A stretch of 30,486 bases of DNA from Acaryochloridaceae cyanobacterium VAR_48_metabat_390 (GCA_031422435.1 JANPLU010000037.1:1-30486), one strand, 5' to 3'. Shown: positions 8,836 to 19,086, counted from the stretch's first letter. Translations and numbers: made by a program. The notes: generated by a model from the sequence alone, not told the origin.

Positions 8836-8923
8836 AAAGGATTTCCCCATTGAAACCTCAATCTGAGAAAATCAAAGGCAAATCATTCATGTCCACAAGT
8901 CATATCAAAACAAGGCAGTCAAA

Positions 8924-9166
8924 ATGCTAGACTCCGCAGATACTTTAGCTGAGAACCCCGCTGAACCTGCAACGGCTGAAGCGCTAACTGAAATTATTGC
9001 TGAACTAGAGCAATATCGAGAGCGACTGGTGAAGGACACGCTCTCAATGGCACAACGGGCCAAAATCATGAAGTCTCAAGCCCTTGCTAATTTAGAACCA
9101 AGCCTTGCCCAAATTGATGCCCAAATCGAAGCGCTTCGACAGCAGCAGGCAGGGCTACAGCCATAA
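8924..9166 (+). CDS. Small coiled-coil hypothetical protein upstream of cpeF
   Basis: 80-aa ORF with heptad pattern (ELEQYRERLV...LAQIDAQIEALRQQ); co-oriented with the lyase gene, 42 bp gap. Confidence 0.75.
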   Translation: MLDSADTLAENPAEPATAEALTEIIAELEQYRERLVKDTLSMAQRAKIMKSQALANLEPSLAQIDAQIEALRQQQAGLQP

Positions 9167-9208
9167 TTTGTTTAGCAGTATTGATACTCAATCTTTAGGA
9201 AACGCTCG

Positions 9209-10111
9209 ATGGGTGACTCACGCCAGACCAACGCCATCACAGAAGATTCAGCCACCTTACAAATAGCCATCAACGACGCGCTTTTAGATCGTGTGGGTGA
9301 ACAGATTACGCTAGACACCTGCGATACCTCAGATCAGCAGACATTACAACAGCTTGTCGAAGGATTGGGCGACCCGCGTGGACTTATTCGGCTCCGGTTT
9401 GCTGAAACCTTGGGTGAAATTGGGGAGGCTGCAACGCCGCTGCTGCGAACAGCCTTAGAGAATCATGACAACGTGGTGGTACGACGGGCAGCAGCAAAAA
9501 CGCTCACCATTATTGGCGATTCTAGTGCGGTGCCCACCCTGCTGCATTCTTTTCTCAATGATGAAGATACTGTGGTGCGCAGCTCATCGGCTGGGGCGTT
9601 AGCCAGAACGGGTGAAGCGGCAGTTCCGGCACTGCTAGATATTTTAGCCTCTCATGAACAGCCCGAAGATATTAAAGGTCATGCCGCCTGGGCATTAGCC
9701 TTTATTGGCTCGGAGGCAGCGGAACACCTTTATAAGGCGCTAGATTCAGATTCTCTGGACGTGCGCTGTGCCGTAATTGGGGCGATCGCCCATGTTGCCC
9801 AAGAGCAATCTGACGAAAAATCCTGCGGCATCTTAGTTGCTGCCCTCACCGATGCTGAACCCACTATCCGCACCGAGGCCGCTTCTGCGTTTGGACGGGT
9901 CAACTACCCGCCAGCAATTCCACACCTCGTTCTGGCCATTAAAGATCCAGACATCGAAGTCCGTAAAGCGGCGGTTAGCTCCCTCGGCAAGCTGGGGAAT
10001 GCACCAGAAATAGAACCTTTACAGTCAGCGCTCCAAGATTCAGAAACCGTGGTGCAGGTGCTGGCAAAATTGGCGATCGCCCAAATTCAAAATCGAGCCA
10101 AAGAAGTCTAA
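9209..10111 (+). CDS. cpeF: HEAT-repeat E/F-clan phycobilin lyase, CpeF (MpeV-like)
   Basis: GLGDPRGLIRLRFAETLGEIG, NVVVRRAAAKTLT, KGHAAWALAFIG; located in the phycoerythrin cluster. Confidence 0.75.
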   Translation: MGDSRQTNAITEDSATLQIAINDALLDRVGEQITLDTCDTSDQQTLQQLVEGLGDPRGLIRLRFAETLGEIGEAATPLLRTALENHDNVVVRRAAAKTLTIIGDSSAVPTLLHSFLNDEDTVVRSSSAGALARTGEAAVPALLDILASHEQPEDIKGHAAWALAFIGSEAAEHLYKALDSDSLDVRCAVIGAIAHVAQEQSDEKSCGILVAALTDAEPTIRTEAASAFGRVNYPPAIPHLVLAIKDPDIEVRKAAVSSLGKLGNAPEIEPLQSALQDSETVVQVLAKLAIAQIQNRAKEV

Positions 10112-10209
10112 AAAGCAGAAGCTTTTTCCCTAAACCTCATCGAAATTTTTCTTGTATGACAAACCCATAATCTAGTGAGGTCAGCCATCTCAACAATAAT
10201 TCACTTTAG

Positions 10210-10270
10210 ATGTTAAAGATTGTCGCTTAGTTTCTCATAACCGAGACGACCGCACAGCTCATCTTTTCTG
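10210..10270 (+). promoter_or_regulatory. cpeBA-type promoter region with a degenerate TTGTTA-N4-TTGTTA direct repeat
   Basis: ATGTTA-AAGA-TTGTCG followed by CTTAGTTTCTCATAACCGAGAC; resembles the Fremyella/Calothrix cpeBA promoter as recalled. Confidence 0.55.
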
Positions 10271-10282
10271 TTTTGTTCTCTC

Positions 10283-10312
10283 TTTGACCGCGTAATTTTA
10301 ACGCTGAACTAA
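10283..10312 (+). pseudogene. cpeB: 3'-terminal remnant of the phycoerythrin beta subunit gene
   Basis: ttt gac cgc gta att tta acg ctg aac taa = FDRVILTLN*, compared with the canonical CpeB end YFDRVISALS*; 73 bp upstream of cpeA; no start codon (in-frame TAA at 10238-10240). Confidence 0.75.
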
Positions 10313-10382
10313 TCATTGCCCTTCGGAATGGGCTTAATAAGACTAAAACATCAGCTCACCGTACAAAATCTTGGAGATTTAA

Positions 10383-10880
<498 letters not shown>

Positions 10881-10935
10881 TGAAATGACGAGTCTGATTT
10901 GTAAAACTTGTTTTGCACTCGATAGATTAGTTCTT

Positions 10936-11012
10936 AACCAGCCTAAAGGTTCGTGGCTTTTGCTTTGCCCGTTTAAGGTTAAGTCACTGCCCACAGTCTT
11001 CAGGTTTGTTTT
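10936..11012 (+). terminator. Possible long imperfect stem-loop downstream of cpeA
   Basis: CCTAAAGGTTCGTGG pairs imperfectly with CCACAGTCTTCAGG, followed by TTTGTTTT. Confidence 0.35.
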
Positions 11013-11052
11013 AGGGTGAGCTGACTCATCCATTGGATTCACTAATACAGCG

Positions 11053-12324
11053 ATGGATAAACGATTTTTTAACTTTTATAACCTCACCGAAGACCAGGCG
11101 ATCGCCCTTCTCGACACTCCTCAAAACCAAATTGGCGAGGAAGATTCGCGCTATATTGCGGCCTCTCATCTGGTCAACTTTCCTACAGAGCAGTCAATTC
11201 AAGCTCTGATGAGAGCTGTACAGCAAACCGATCCGGTTCTCGAAAATCGCATTGTGCGGCGTAAGGCGATCGAAACGCTAGGACGATTGGAGGCACGGCA
11301 GGCGCTGCCGATTATCCATGACTGTCTTCAGGATGGGGATTGCTACACAGTTGAAAACGCAGCTTGGGCCACTGGCGAAATTGGGACGCAAGACCCTGAA
11401 ATATTAGAGGCGTTGGCGCAATTACTGGATAAACCCACCCAAACCCATCGGGTCATTATTCATACCCTCGCAAAGCTGAACTACCAGCCCGCTCTAGAGC
11501 GCATTAAACGCTTTGTAGAAAATACTGATTTACCCACAGCCAGCGCCGCAATTACGGCAGTCTGTCGCTTGAGTAAAGACTATACCCACATTGGCAAAGT
11601 TGTGGCGATGATGCAGCATTCCAACGTGCTGGCGCGGCGACTTTCTATTCAAGACTTAATTGACGCGAATTATTACGATGCCATTCCTGATATTGTGCGC
11701 TGCCCTGTTTCGATAGTATTTCGCCTACGCGGGGTTTGGATGCTGGCAGCAGCAGGTACGGCGGATGGTTCGCTCACCTTTGCTAAAGTACAGCCGTATT
11801 TAGAACAGACTCTCCGCGATCATCCCAAAGATTTAAGTTTGGTTCATAGCTATCCGCAACTGCCTGAGCTATCTGTTCTAATTCGGCAGCTTTACGAAAC
11901 GGATTTTGGGCGCTGTTATTTAGCCACTCAAACCATCTTGGATCATTATGCCGAGGAAGCCCCTGCTGCGCTGTTTGCGACCTACACCGAAGAAGCCCAC
12001 AATGACTACGGTGCCCACTTCCACGTCATGAAGCTCATGGGGTGGCTCAAACATGCCCCTGCCTATGATTTATTGATTGAAGCCCTCCACAATAAGCAGC
12101 CCCAGTTTCAAAAATCGAGAGCAGCAGCGGCGATCGCCCTTTCTGAACTCGGCAACCCCAGTGCCATCCCTGACCTCAAAGCCTGTCTAGAAACTAAAAT
12201 TTGGGATCTCAAATATGCGGCACTGATGGCGCTTGAAACGCTTAACGATTTTAGCGCTCATAAAGCCCTGACCCAGGATTCAGATTGGCTTGTTGCTACA
12301 AAAGCCGCTAGCGTTAAGCCATAG
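11053..12324 (+). CDS. cpeY: Phycoerythrobilin lyase CpeY
   Basis: MDKRFFNFYNLTEDQAIALL N-terminus, LYETDFGRCYLA, NDYGAHFHV, PQFQKSR; directly follows cpeA. Confidence 0.93.
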   Translation: MDKRFFNFYNLTEDQAIALLDTPQNQIGEEDSRYIAASHLVNFPTEQSIQALMRAVQQTDPVLENRIVRRKAIETLGRLEARQALPIIHDCLQDGDCYTVENAAWATGEIGTQDPEILEALAQLLDKPTQTHRVIIHTLAKLNYQPALERIKRFVENTDLPTASAAITAVCRLSKDYTHIGKVVAMMQHSNVLARRLSIQDLIDANYYDAIPDIVRCPVSIVFRLRGVWMLAAAGTADGSLTFAKVQPYLEQTLRDHPKDLSLVHSYPQLPELSVLIRQLYETDFGRCYLATQTILDHYAEEAPAALFATYTEEAHNDYGAHFHVMKLMGWLKHAPAYDLLIEALHNKQPQFQKSRAAAAIALSELGNPSAIPDLKACLETKIWDLKYAALMALETLNDFSAHKALTQDSDWLVATKAASVKP

Positions 12325-12366
12325 CATTTTTTCACTCGTCTTATCCTTTTTCTTCCCTGCAAACCT

Positions 12367-12978
12367 ATGTCTACAGAAGCCTTTTTTCAACAGCTCAAGC
12401 ACCCCAACCCTCACCTGCGCGACCAGGCTATGTGGGACATTGCAGAGAATCAAGACGAAACAACGATTCCTAAACTCATGGGTTTGTTGGGCGAAACGGA
12501 CACCAACTATCGGCGAGCTGCTGTTAAAGCATTGGGCATTATTGGTTCAGATACTATTTCTCCTCTAGTACAGGCATTGCTCAGCAGTGACGACGTTACG
12601 GTTCGGAGCAGCGCTGTTAAGGCATTGGCGCAGGTTGTCATTAACTATCCCGATGTTCCGCTCTCTGCTGAAGGTGTGCAGGGTTTAAAGACTGCCCTCA
12701 ATGACCCCAACCCAGTGGTTAATATTGCCGCTGTAATGGCGCTCGGTGAGATGGGTGCCCCAGCCGTAGATATTTTGATTGAGGCGCTACAAGCCACGGA
12801 CAACCCAGCACTAGGGGTATCTCTAGTGAATGCCATCGGCTCCATTGGCGACCCACGCGGGTTAGAGGTGTTGACTCGTCTGATCGAACATAAAGAGACA
12901 GACTCCTATGTGCGAGAGTCTGCTATCAGTGCACTCTCTCGGCTAGAGATGACCGCTAAGTTTAATTCTCAGGCATAG
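12367..12978 (+). CDS. cpeZ: Bilin attachment chaperone CpeZ (HEAT repeats)
   Basis: FQQLKHPNPHLRDQAM, YRRAAVKALG, DSYVRESAISALSRL; follows cpeY. Confidence 0.9.
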   Translation: MSTEAFFQQLKHPNPHLRDQAMWDIAENQDETTIPKLMGLLGETDTNYRRAAVKALGIIGSDTISPLVQALLSSDDVTVRSSAVKALAQVVINYPDVPLSAEGVQGLKTALNDPNPVVNIAAVMALGEMGAPAVDILIEALQATDNPALGVSLVNAIGSIGDPRGLEVLTRLIEHKETDSYVRESAISALSRLEMTAKFNSQA

Positions 12979-13065
12979 TTCCGCAACCTTTTTGGAGTGC
13001 TTAGGTTTCACCAATACCCTGATAGTGACCAATAGCAGCTTTTCTCCCCTAAATGCACGCCCTAA

Positions 13066-13485
13066 CTAGCCTTCGACAATGATTTTTGCAACCATGCCAG
13101 CACCCCGATGCGGCGCACAGAAGTAAGAATACTCACCCGGAACCAGGTTTTCAGAAATCGCTAGCTCATAGGTCTCACCAGTCTTGATCATCAGCTGAGG
13201 GTGTGAGAATGTAGGTGCCATTGAAGCCTCTTCAGCGGGCATCTTCTTCGCGTCAAACATGACGTTATGAGGAGATAGTTTGTTGTTGACCCACTGGACA
13301 ACATCGCCATGCTTAACCGTAACTGTTGCAGGCTGAAACACCAAATTGCCGTTATCAGAACCCATCTTAACCGTGTAGGTCTCGGCTGAAGCGCCTGGCG
13401 CAAACATAACTAAGGTGGTAGCAAAACAGATTAAGGTTGCCAGCACAACGCTGACCCACCGCAGCTTAGAAAACACAAATTTCAT
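13066..13485 (-). CDS. petE: Plastocyanin precursor
   Basis: Signal peptide ending ASA, VKMGSDNG, Cu ligands in PHNV and YFCAPHRGAGM. Confidence 0.95.
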   Translation of the reverse strand: MKFVFSKLRWVSVVLATLICFATTLVMFAPGASAETYTVKMGSDNGNLVFQPATVTVKHGDVVQWVNNKLSPHNVMFDAKKMPAEEASMAPTFSHPQLMIKTGETYELAISENLVPGEYSYFCAPHRGAGMVAKIIVEG

Positions 13486-13610
13486 GGTGCCATTGGACTC
13501 TGCTAGGAGAATTCTTTACATCTCCATATTAAGAGAAATCACAAATTGTGTATATCTAAATCTGAAATCTCATAAAAAAGCGCCAAAAAGACTCTGAATA
13601 TCAGTGATTT

Positions 13611-13628
13611 GTTACATTGCTTTATATT
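13611..13628 (+). promoter_or_regulatory. HLR1 (RpaB-binding) motif in the petE/doxX divergent region
   Basis: GTTACATT-GC-TTTATATT, one mismatch to (G/T)TTACA(T/A)(T/A)-N2-(G/T)TTACA(T/A)(T/A); TAGCAT -10-like hexamer at 13632. Confidence 0.6.
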
Positions 13629-13684
13629 TGCTAGCATTATTCATATAAATTTTAATAATTTAATCGTCATCGGTAACTGCACTC

Positions 13685-14227
13685 ATGAACACGACACAGC
13701 GTTTCACAGCCCTTGCGGCAGGGCTTTTACGACCTAGCTTTTCGCCTAGCTACGTTTCTCAGTTTGGCTGGACAGCATTGCGCGTTGTTGCGGGGCTAGT
13801 CATGATTCACAATGGGCTAGACAAGCTGGCCGACATTCCTAGCTTTGCAGATGCCTACGTGCGGGTTATCGGCCTGCCGTTTCCTATCTTTTTTAGCTAC
13901 TGCGCGGCTTATACAGAACTAATTGCGGCTCCTTTACTGGCACTTGGTTTATTTGCTCGTCCCGCAGCAGCGGGTCTATTTGGCACAATGAGCGTTGCGA
14001 TGTACCACCACATTTTGGTGGCGGGTTTCAGCATCCCTTATTTAGAGCTATCTATGCTCTATGCCGCCTGCTTTTTGTTTTTCACCCTCAATGGTGCAGG
14101 GCTATTTTCGGTAGATGCTCTGCTCCTGGGGTGGCTATCTTCTACGCTCAAGAAAAATCCAGAGCAGGCGATCGCATCTGCACCGCTTGAGCAATCCTAT
14201 AAGACTTTGGAAAACGCCTCTAAGTAG
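13685..14227 (+). CDS. DoxX family membrane protein
   Basis: LRVVAGLVMIHNGLDKL, LGLFARPAA, GAGLFSVDA. Confidence 0.9.
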   Translation: MNTTQRFTALAAGLLRPSFSPSYVSQFGWTALRVVAGLVMIHNGLDKLADIPSFADAYVRVIGLPFPIFFSYCAAYTELIAAPLLALGLFARPAAAGLFGTMSVAMYHHILVAGFSIPYLELSMLYAACFLFFTLNGAGLFSVDALLLGWLSSTLKKNPEQAIASAPLEQSYKTLENASK

Positions 14228-14248
14228 GCTTAATATCCCAAGCGTCTC

Positions 14249-14285
14249 TAAAAAGTGCCTTCTCACCTAGATAAGGCACTTTTTA
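14249..14285. terminator. Bidirectional intrinsic terminator between convergent genes
   Basis: TAAAAAGTGCCTT-11 nt loop-AAGGCACTTTTTA perfect inverted repeat. Confidence 0.8.
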
Positions 14286-14314
14286 ACATTAGATGTCTGG
14301 AACCAAGAAATGGA

Positions 14315-14659
14315 CTATTGGTAAAGCTTTGCCTCTTTAAACGCCTGCTCCCAGGCTCTGCTTTTATTGAGGTCAATAGAGAACACTTCTACTTCAGAAT
14401 GTCTGTCTATGCCAATCCGAACCTTCTTGGCAAGCCGTAGCTGGGCTAAGGGTTCTGAAAGAACTTCCTGAACGCGCAGGAGCGCTATGTAAACATCCAG
14501 GGTAGGGCAAATAATGATGAACGTTCCCCATCGCCTAGATAGCTTACAAAGCATCAGGGGCTGAAGTGCCCTAAGTTCTTTAGGGTTTTCCCGATAATAG
14601 CTAAAGATGAGTTGGGTGAGCTGTGGGAGCTTGGTCATAATCTCTACTGCAGGCTTCAT
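14315..14659 (-). CDS. Hypothetical cyanobacterial protein
   Basis: 114-aa ORF with AAGGAG Shine-Dalgarno; ends just before the shared terminator. Confidence 0.7.
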   Translation of the reverse strand: MKPAVEIMTKLPQLTQLIFSYYRENPKELRALQPLMLCKLSRRWGTFIIICPTLDVYIALLRVQEVLSEPLAQLRLAKKVRIGIDRHSEVEVFSIDLNKSRAWEQAFKEAKLYQ

Positions 14660-14921
14660 ATCTCCTTATTGAAGCCCAAGTCGTTTTGGCTGCTGATGGT
14701 CTGTAAGAAGAGTTGACACTTTTAGATTTTTTAAAATGGGAGACTTGAACATCAAAGTCTTTACCCATAAACGATCTAGCACTTTGGCTATTCAGTTTTC
14801 TGTAACGTCTCTAGATCATTTCTTTAAGGTTCCTCATACTTAAGGCGGTTATTAGGGTCTTACACTCAAACCTTACAGCGGAGCACTGGCCTACGATGTC
14901 CATCTTTTTCACTGTGGCAAT

Positions 14922-15305
14922 ATGGGGCTAAACTACACAACCTGCTTTGTGGCGATCGCCGACCGAGATGGTCACACCCTCAAACAGTTTTATCAGGCAC
15001 TACTAGAACAAAGTCCGGTGGTAGATATTCCCAATGTCTATACTGAATTTCGGTTGGCAGGGCTACGGCTAGGGCTGTTTAAGCCCAGCACCGCCCATCA
15101 GGTAGAGTTTGAATCTCCCTCTAGCGGCAGTGTAAGCCTATGTTTTGAGGTTGAGAATATAGAAAGCGCAGTCATTCATCTCACAACCCTCGGCTACCCA
15201 CCTCCAGGCCAAATTCAGCAGGCCTCCCACGGTCGCGAAATTTATGCCTACGACCCTCAAGGCAACCGCCTCATTCTTCATGAGGCAACGCCCGTGCTAG
15301 GTTAA
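14922..15305 (+). CDS. VOC (glyoxalase/bleomycin resistance) family protein
   Basis: FYQALL, SLCFEVENIE, HGREIYAYDPQGNRLILH. Confidence 0.9.
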   Translation: MGLNYTTCFVAIADRDGHTLKQFYQALLEQSPVVDIPNVYTEFRLAGLRLGLFKPSTAHQVEFESPSSGSVSLCFEVENIESAVIHLTTLGYPPPGQIQQASHGREIYAYDPQGNRLILHEATPVLG

Positions 15306-15334
15306 GCGGTAGTACAGTACAGGAGAACAACGGT

Positions 15335-15853
15335 ATGGGGCATTGGTTTAAATCGGCAGTCAGTCTAACGTTACTCGTCATGGCGCTCTGGGGAGTTACC
15401 CCTATTGCAGCCTCAGCTTATCCACTGTTTCAACCCGCGCAAAACACTATGGCTATTCTGTCTTTTCCAGGTACACGTCCCAGCACTTTAGGGGTAAAAA
15501 ATGGTCAGCTTGCGGCCTGCCCCAATACGCCTAACTGCGTTTCGAGTCAGGCGTCGGCGACGGATGCAGAACATAGCGTTGCGCCCATTGCCTTTGTGGG
15601 GGAGGGGAAAGTGGCGATCGCCAAGCTCAAAACCATCATTGAAAGCTCAGAGCGCACCAAAATCATTCAGGCAGATGACACTTATCTTTATGCAGAGTTT
15701 GCCAGCAAACTCATGGGATTTGTGGATGATGTCGAATTCTATGCCGATGACAGCGCGAAGGTTATTCATGTGCGATCAGCATCTCGGCTCGGTCAATCGG
15801 ATTTGGGCGTGAATCGCAAGCGTGTAGAAGAGATTCGCTCAAAACTTGCCTAA
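15335..15853 (+). CDS. DUF1499 domain exported protein
   Basis: Signal peptide, CPNTPNCVSSQ, GFVDDVEF, RSASRLGQSDLGVNRKR. Confidence 0.9.
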   Translation: MGHWFKSAVSLTLLVMALWGVTPIAASAYPLFQPAQNTMAILSFPGTRPSTLGVKNGQLAACPNTPNCVSSQASATDAEHSVAPIAFVGEGKVAIAKLKTIIESSERTKIIQADDTYLYAEFASKLMGFVDDVEFYADDSAKVIHVRSASRLGQSDLGVNRKRVEEIRSKLA

Positions 15854-15863
15854 TTTTCAACAA

Positions 15864-16268
15864 TTAAGCGTTAGGGTTTTTCATGCTTTCTTCTAGTTCT
15901 TCTAGGGTCTGAATGATTAGCTTTTTGGCCTGAAGTTTCCAGCCCCAGCGCTGAAGGGCGATCGCCGCTGCCCCACCGCCTAACGTCGCCAAAAAATCTA
16001 GCGGCTGCATAAAGGAAATTCCGGTCAGTAGCCCTAGTCCAGCAATGCCCCAAAACGGCAAAGCGACCGTCTGGCGCTGCTCTCTCACCAGTTCTCCAAA
16101 ACCGCCAGACGGCATTTCTGCTATTAGCGTTTCTTTAATCTGCCGCTGCTCTGCAACAGATACCGAGAGCGCAATTTTGCGGCGCAGCTTTTCAATTTTG
16201 CAGGCATCCGTGCTGTACTGGGTCAGCTCATCTTCTGCCATCAAAATTAAGCGCTCTAGATTTGCCAT
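15864..16268 (-). CDS. Hypothetical membrane protein
   Basis: ATG 16268 (MANLERLILMAEDEL); the longer ORF start runs through the rbcS terminator; two TM-like segments. Confidence 0.75.
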   Translation of the reverse strand: MANLERLILMAEDELTQYSTDACKIEKLRRKIALSVSVAEQRQIKETLIAEMPSGGFGELVREQRQTVALPFWGIAGLGLLTGISFMQPLDFLATLGGGAAAIALQRWGWKLQAKKLIIQTLEELEESMKNPNA

Positions 16269-16304
16269 AGCCTGACCCCAAAAAATATAAATACAAATAC
16301 AAAC

Positions 16305-16333
16305 AAAAGAGGTGGAAAAACTCCACCTCTTTT
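16305..16333 (-). terminator. Intrinsic terminator of the rbcLXS operon
   Basis: AAAAGAGGTGGA-5 nt loop-TCCACCTCTTTT, with a T-rich tail on the minus strand, about 40 bp after the rbcS stop. Confidence 0.85.
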
Positions 16334-16372
16334 TATTAAAAAGCAGCAATCACCGCTCTTTATCCCATCGCC

Positions 16373-16717
16373 CTAGTAGCGATAGCCAGCCTTAGTACCA
16401 GGCTTTTGCACAATAAAGCTCATGACTTGGCACTGCTTCACGTTGTCAAACGCCACAATGCGAATGTAGGATTCAGGATATTCAGACTTGCATTCCTGAA
16501 CTTCTCTGAGCAACTCTTGAGGAGAGTGGCAAGAGAACAAAGGCAGCTTCCACATCGTCCAGTAGTAGTCTTGGGGCTGAGGGTCTTCACAGAACTCAAC
16601 ACAAGGGTAGTAGCCTTGGTCAAGGGTGTACTGAATCTGACGCGCAACTTGCTGATCGCTCAAAGGAGGCAAGTATGAAAAAGTTTCGTAGCGCTTTTCA
16701 ATGGGTAGAGTCTTCAT
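16373..16717 (-). CDS. rbcS: RuBisCO small subunit
   Basis: [30 protein letters not shown]. Confidence 0.99.
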   Translation of the reverse strand: MKTLPIEKRYETFSYLPPLSDQQVARQIQYTLDQGYYPCVEFCEDPQPQDYYWTMWKLPLFSCHSPQELLREVQECKSEYPESYIRIVAFDNVKQCQVMSFIVQKPGTKAGYRY

Positions 16718-16766
16718 CGAATTCCTCGTAAATGTCAGGTGGGTGGTAGCAGCAGCGGCTCAAGGG

Positions 16767-17177
16767 TTAAGCCGACTCAAGATTTTCATCAGGCTCAGAA
16801 TGCTTTTCCTGTTCTGGATGGTTTAGCTCACTGCTCAGAGCAACCTGGGTCATCCGCTCTAGCTGCTGCTTTCGATGCTCGGTGTTGAGCTGCGTTGTCG
16901 TTGTTCGCAACATTTCCGGCAAGAAATCAGCAATTTCATCGGCTAACGTTTCCCGTACCGTTAAAACCCGAAAGGCCAGTTCTTGGCGCTCATCAAATAA
17001 AGCACGAAGGAACGCTTCGCCGTCTTTGATGCTTTCTCGAGAGGCAAACTGGTGCAGCCAGTAAGCTCGTTTGGGTTCGGTCTCGTCGAGCTGTTCGTAA
17101 ACAATTCGCACTGCACGGTAGGTTAAGTAGCTGATCAGCGTTTTGGCTGTATCTTTCGCAATTTGCTTGAGATCCAT
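16767..17177 (-). CDS. rbcX: RuBisCO assembly chaperone RbcX
   Basis: MDLKQIAKDTAKTLISYLTY; lies between rbcL and rbcS; ATG at 17177. Confidence 0.97.
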   Translation of the reverse strand: MDLKQIAKDTAKTLISYLTYRAVRIVYEQLDETEPKRAYWLHQFASRESIKDGEAFLRALFDERQELAFRVLTVRETLADEIADFLPEMLRTTTTQLNTEHRKQQLERMTQVALSSELNHPEQEKHSEPDENLESA

Positions 17178-17271
17178 AGGTTTGAAATGAAGGATCAACG
17201 AATGAAGAGATACTAGTCTATTCTTTCGCAACCCTTCACTCTGCGCCCACAGGAAGCGTTACAAAACCTGA

Positions 17272-18702
17272 TTAGATGGTGTCAACCGCCTCAAATTCAA
17301 ACTTGATTTCTTTCCACAGTTCACAAGCCGCAGCCAAGTCAGGACTCCACTTGCAGGCTTCACGAATGATGTCGCCGCCTTCACGCATGAGGTCACGACC
17401 TTCGTTACGCGCTTGCACACAAGCTTCAAGGGCAACGCGGTTTGCCGTTGCACCAGGTGCATTACCCCAAGGGTGACCCAAGGTACCACCACCAAACTGA
17501 AGCACGGAGTCATCGCCAAAGATGTCAACCAGTGCGGGCATGTGCCAAACGTGAATCCCACCGGAAGCCACAGCCATCACACCAGGCATAGAAGCCCAGT
17601 CTTGAGTGAAGTAAATCCCGCGTGAGCGATCTTCTTCGATGTAGTTTTCGCGGAGTAGGTCGATGAAGCCTAAGGTGATATCCTTGTCGCCTTCGAGTTT
17701 ACCCACAACCGTACCCGTGTGGATGTGGTCGCCACCAGACATCCGGAGGCACTTTGCCAACACGCGGAAGTGAATCCCGTGGTTCTTTTGACGGTCAACC
17801 ACAGCGTGCATTGCACGGTGAATGTGAAGCAATAGGCCATTATCGCGGCACCATTGCGCCAAGGTTGTGTTGGCGGTGAAACCAGCGGTAAAGAAGTCAT
17901 GCATGATGATGGGCATTTCGAGTTCTTTCGCGAACTCAGCTCTCTTCATCATTTCTTCGCAGGTACCAGCCGTTACGTTGAGGTAGTGACCCTTGATTTC
18001 TCCAGTTTGAGCCTGAGCCTTATGAATTGCATCTGCAACAAACAAGAAACGGTCTCTCCAGCGTTGGAATGGCTGAGAGTTGATGTTTTCATCATCTTTA
18101 GTGAAGTCTAGACCACCGCGTAGGCACTCATAGACGGCACGACCGTAGTTTTTCGCCGACAGACCGAGCTTAGGCTTGATGGTGCAGCCCAGCATGGGAC
18201 GACCGTACTTGTTGAGCTTGTCACGCTCAACCTGAATCCCGTGGGGAGGCCCTTGGAAGGTTTTGAGGTAGGCTACAGGAAGGCGAAGATCTTCTAGACG
18301 CAAGGCCTTGAGCGCTTTGAAACCAAACACATTACCGACCAAAGAGGTCAGCAGGTTGGTGACAGATCCTTCTTCAAACAGATCCAAAGGATAAGCAATA
18401 AAAGCAATAAACTGATCGCTTTCACCAGGGGTGGGTTCAATATCGTAGCAGCGACCTTTGTAGCGATCGAGGTCGGTCAGCAAGTCTGTCCACACGGTTG
18501 TCCAGGTACCTGTAGAAGACTCGGCGGCTACCGCAGCAGCAGCTTCTTCAAAGGGCACTCCGGGCTGAACCGTGACGCGGAAAGCAGCCAAGATATCAGT
18601 GTCTTTTGGCGTATAGTCTGGCGTGTAGTAGGTTAGCCGATAATCTTGCACACCGGCCTTATAGCCAGACTTCGATTGTGTTTGCGTTTGCGAATAGGAC
18701 AT
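17272..18702 (-). CDS. rbcL: RuBisCO large subunit, Form IB
   Basis: [10 protein letters not shown] catalytic motif, VVGKLEG loop 6, EIKFEF C-terminal RbcX-binding motif. Confidence 0.99.
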   Translation of the reverse strand: MSYSQTQTQSKSGYKAGVQDYRLTYYTPDYTPKDTDILAAFRVTVQPGVPFEEAAAAVAAESSTGTWTTVWTDLLTDLDRYKGRCYDIEPTPGESDQFIAFIAYPLDLFEEGSVTNLLTSLVGNVFGFKALKALRLEDLRLPVAYLKTFQGPPHGIQVERDKLNKYGRPMLGCTIKPKLGLSAKNYGRAVYECLRGGLDFTKDDENINSQPFQRWRDRFLFVADAIHKAQAQTGEIKGHYLNVTAGTCEEMMKRAEFAKELEMPIIMHDFFTAGFTANTTLAQWCRDNGLLLHIHRAMHAVVDRQKNHGIHFRVLAKCLRMSGGDHIHTGTVVGKLEGDKDITLGFIDLLRENYIEEDRSRGIYFTQDWASMPGVMAVASGGIHVWHMPALVDIFGDDSVLQFGGGTLGHPWGNAPGATANRVALEACVQARNEGRDLMREGGDIIREACKWSPDLAAACELWKEIKFEFEAVDTI

Positions 18703-18961
18703 TTAATCTCTTCCTGTAAAAATTCGAGCTGGATGGGCATGTCCAGAGGCAAGGGAAGGCTATGGGCTAAAACGCGCAGAAACCTTTCTTTGCTCGTTAT
18801 TTCAGACACAACAGTATTACCCCTCTCAGAGGGTTTATCCCTGTTTCAAGCCTATGGAAAAGCTTAAAAAACTTAGTGGCTTTGTCTATGCTTATTGTTG
18901 ACTTTAGTACACAAGGGGATCAAATTCAATAAGTAAGACATCGAATATGATTTGTGGTTTT

Positions 18962-18976
18962 ATAAGTTTTGTTTAT
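18962..18976. promoter_or_regulatory. Putative LysR-type (RbcR/CmpR/NdhR-like) binding site upstream of rbcL
   Basis: ATAA-GTTTTGT-TTAT interrupted palindrome containing T-N11-A. Confidence 0.4.
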
Positions 18977-18990
18977 CTTTGACAAGATTG

Positions 18991-19004
18991 GTAACTTTTA
19001 TTAC
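18991..19004. promoter_or_regulatory. Putative NtcA binding site upstream of rbcL
   Basis: GTA-ACTTTTAT-TAC is an exact GTA-N8-TAC match, about 290 bp upstream of the rbcL ATG. Confidence 0.55.
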
Positions 19005-19086
19005 AGACACTTGATTTTTCCTTAAAAGACAAGGCTTTCCAGGTTGTTTATGGCAACGTAATTATACTTATGGCAGCGCAACGAGG

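Larger units (their letters stand above)
4930..8900. other. AT-rich accessory (defence/TA) islet, boundaries approximate
   Basis: Visibly higher A+T than the flanks; contains an unknown ORF, a nuclease and two TA modules between conserved core genes; no integrase or transposase seen. Confidence 0.6.

Noticed and set aside
8846..8857. CCCCATTGAAAC (and CCCATTGAAAT on the minus strand near 26540) as CRISPR repeat ends
   Set aside because: No regularly spaced repeat-spacer array and no cas genes.
4892..9781. Scarcity of HIP1 as proof of foreign origin of the islet
   Set aside because: The native rbcLXS region (~16.0-19.8 kb) also lacks HIP1 over a similar length, so this is not diagnostic on its own.
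16373..18702. rbcLXS without adjacent ccm carboxysome genes
   Set aside because: Separation of rbcLXS from ccmKLMN is common in beta-cyanobacteria.
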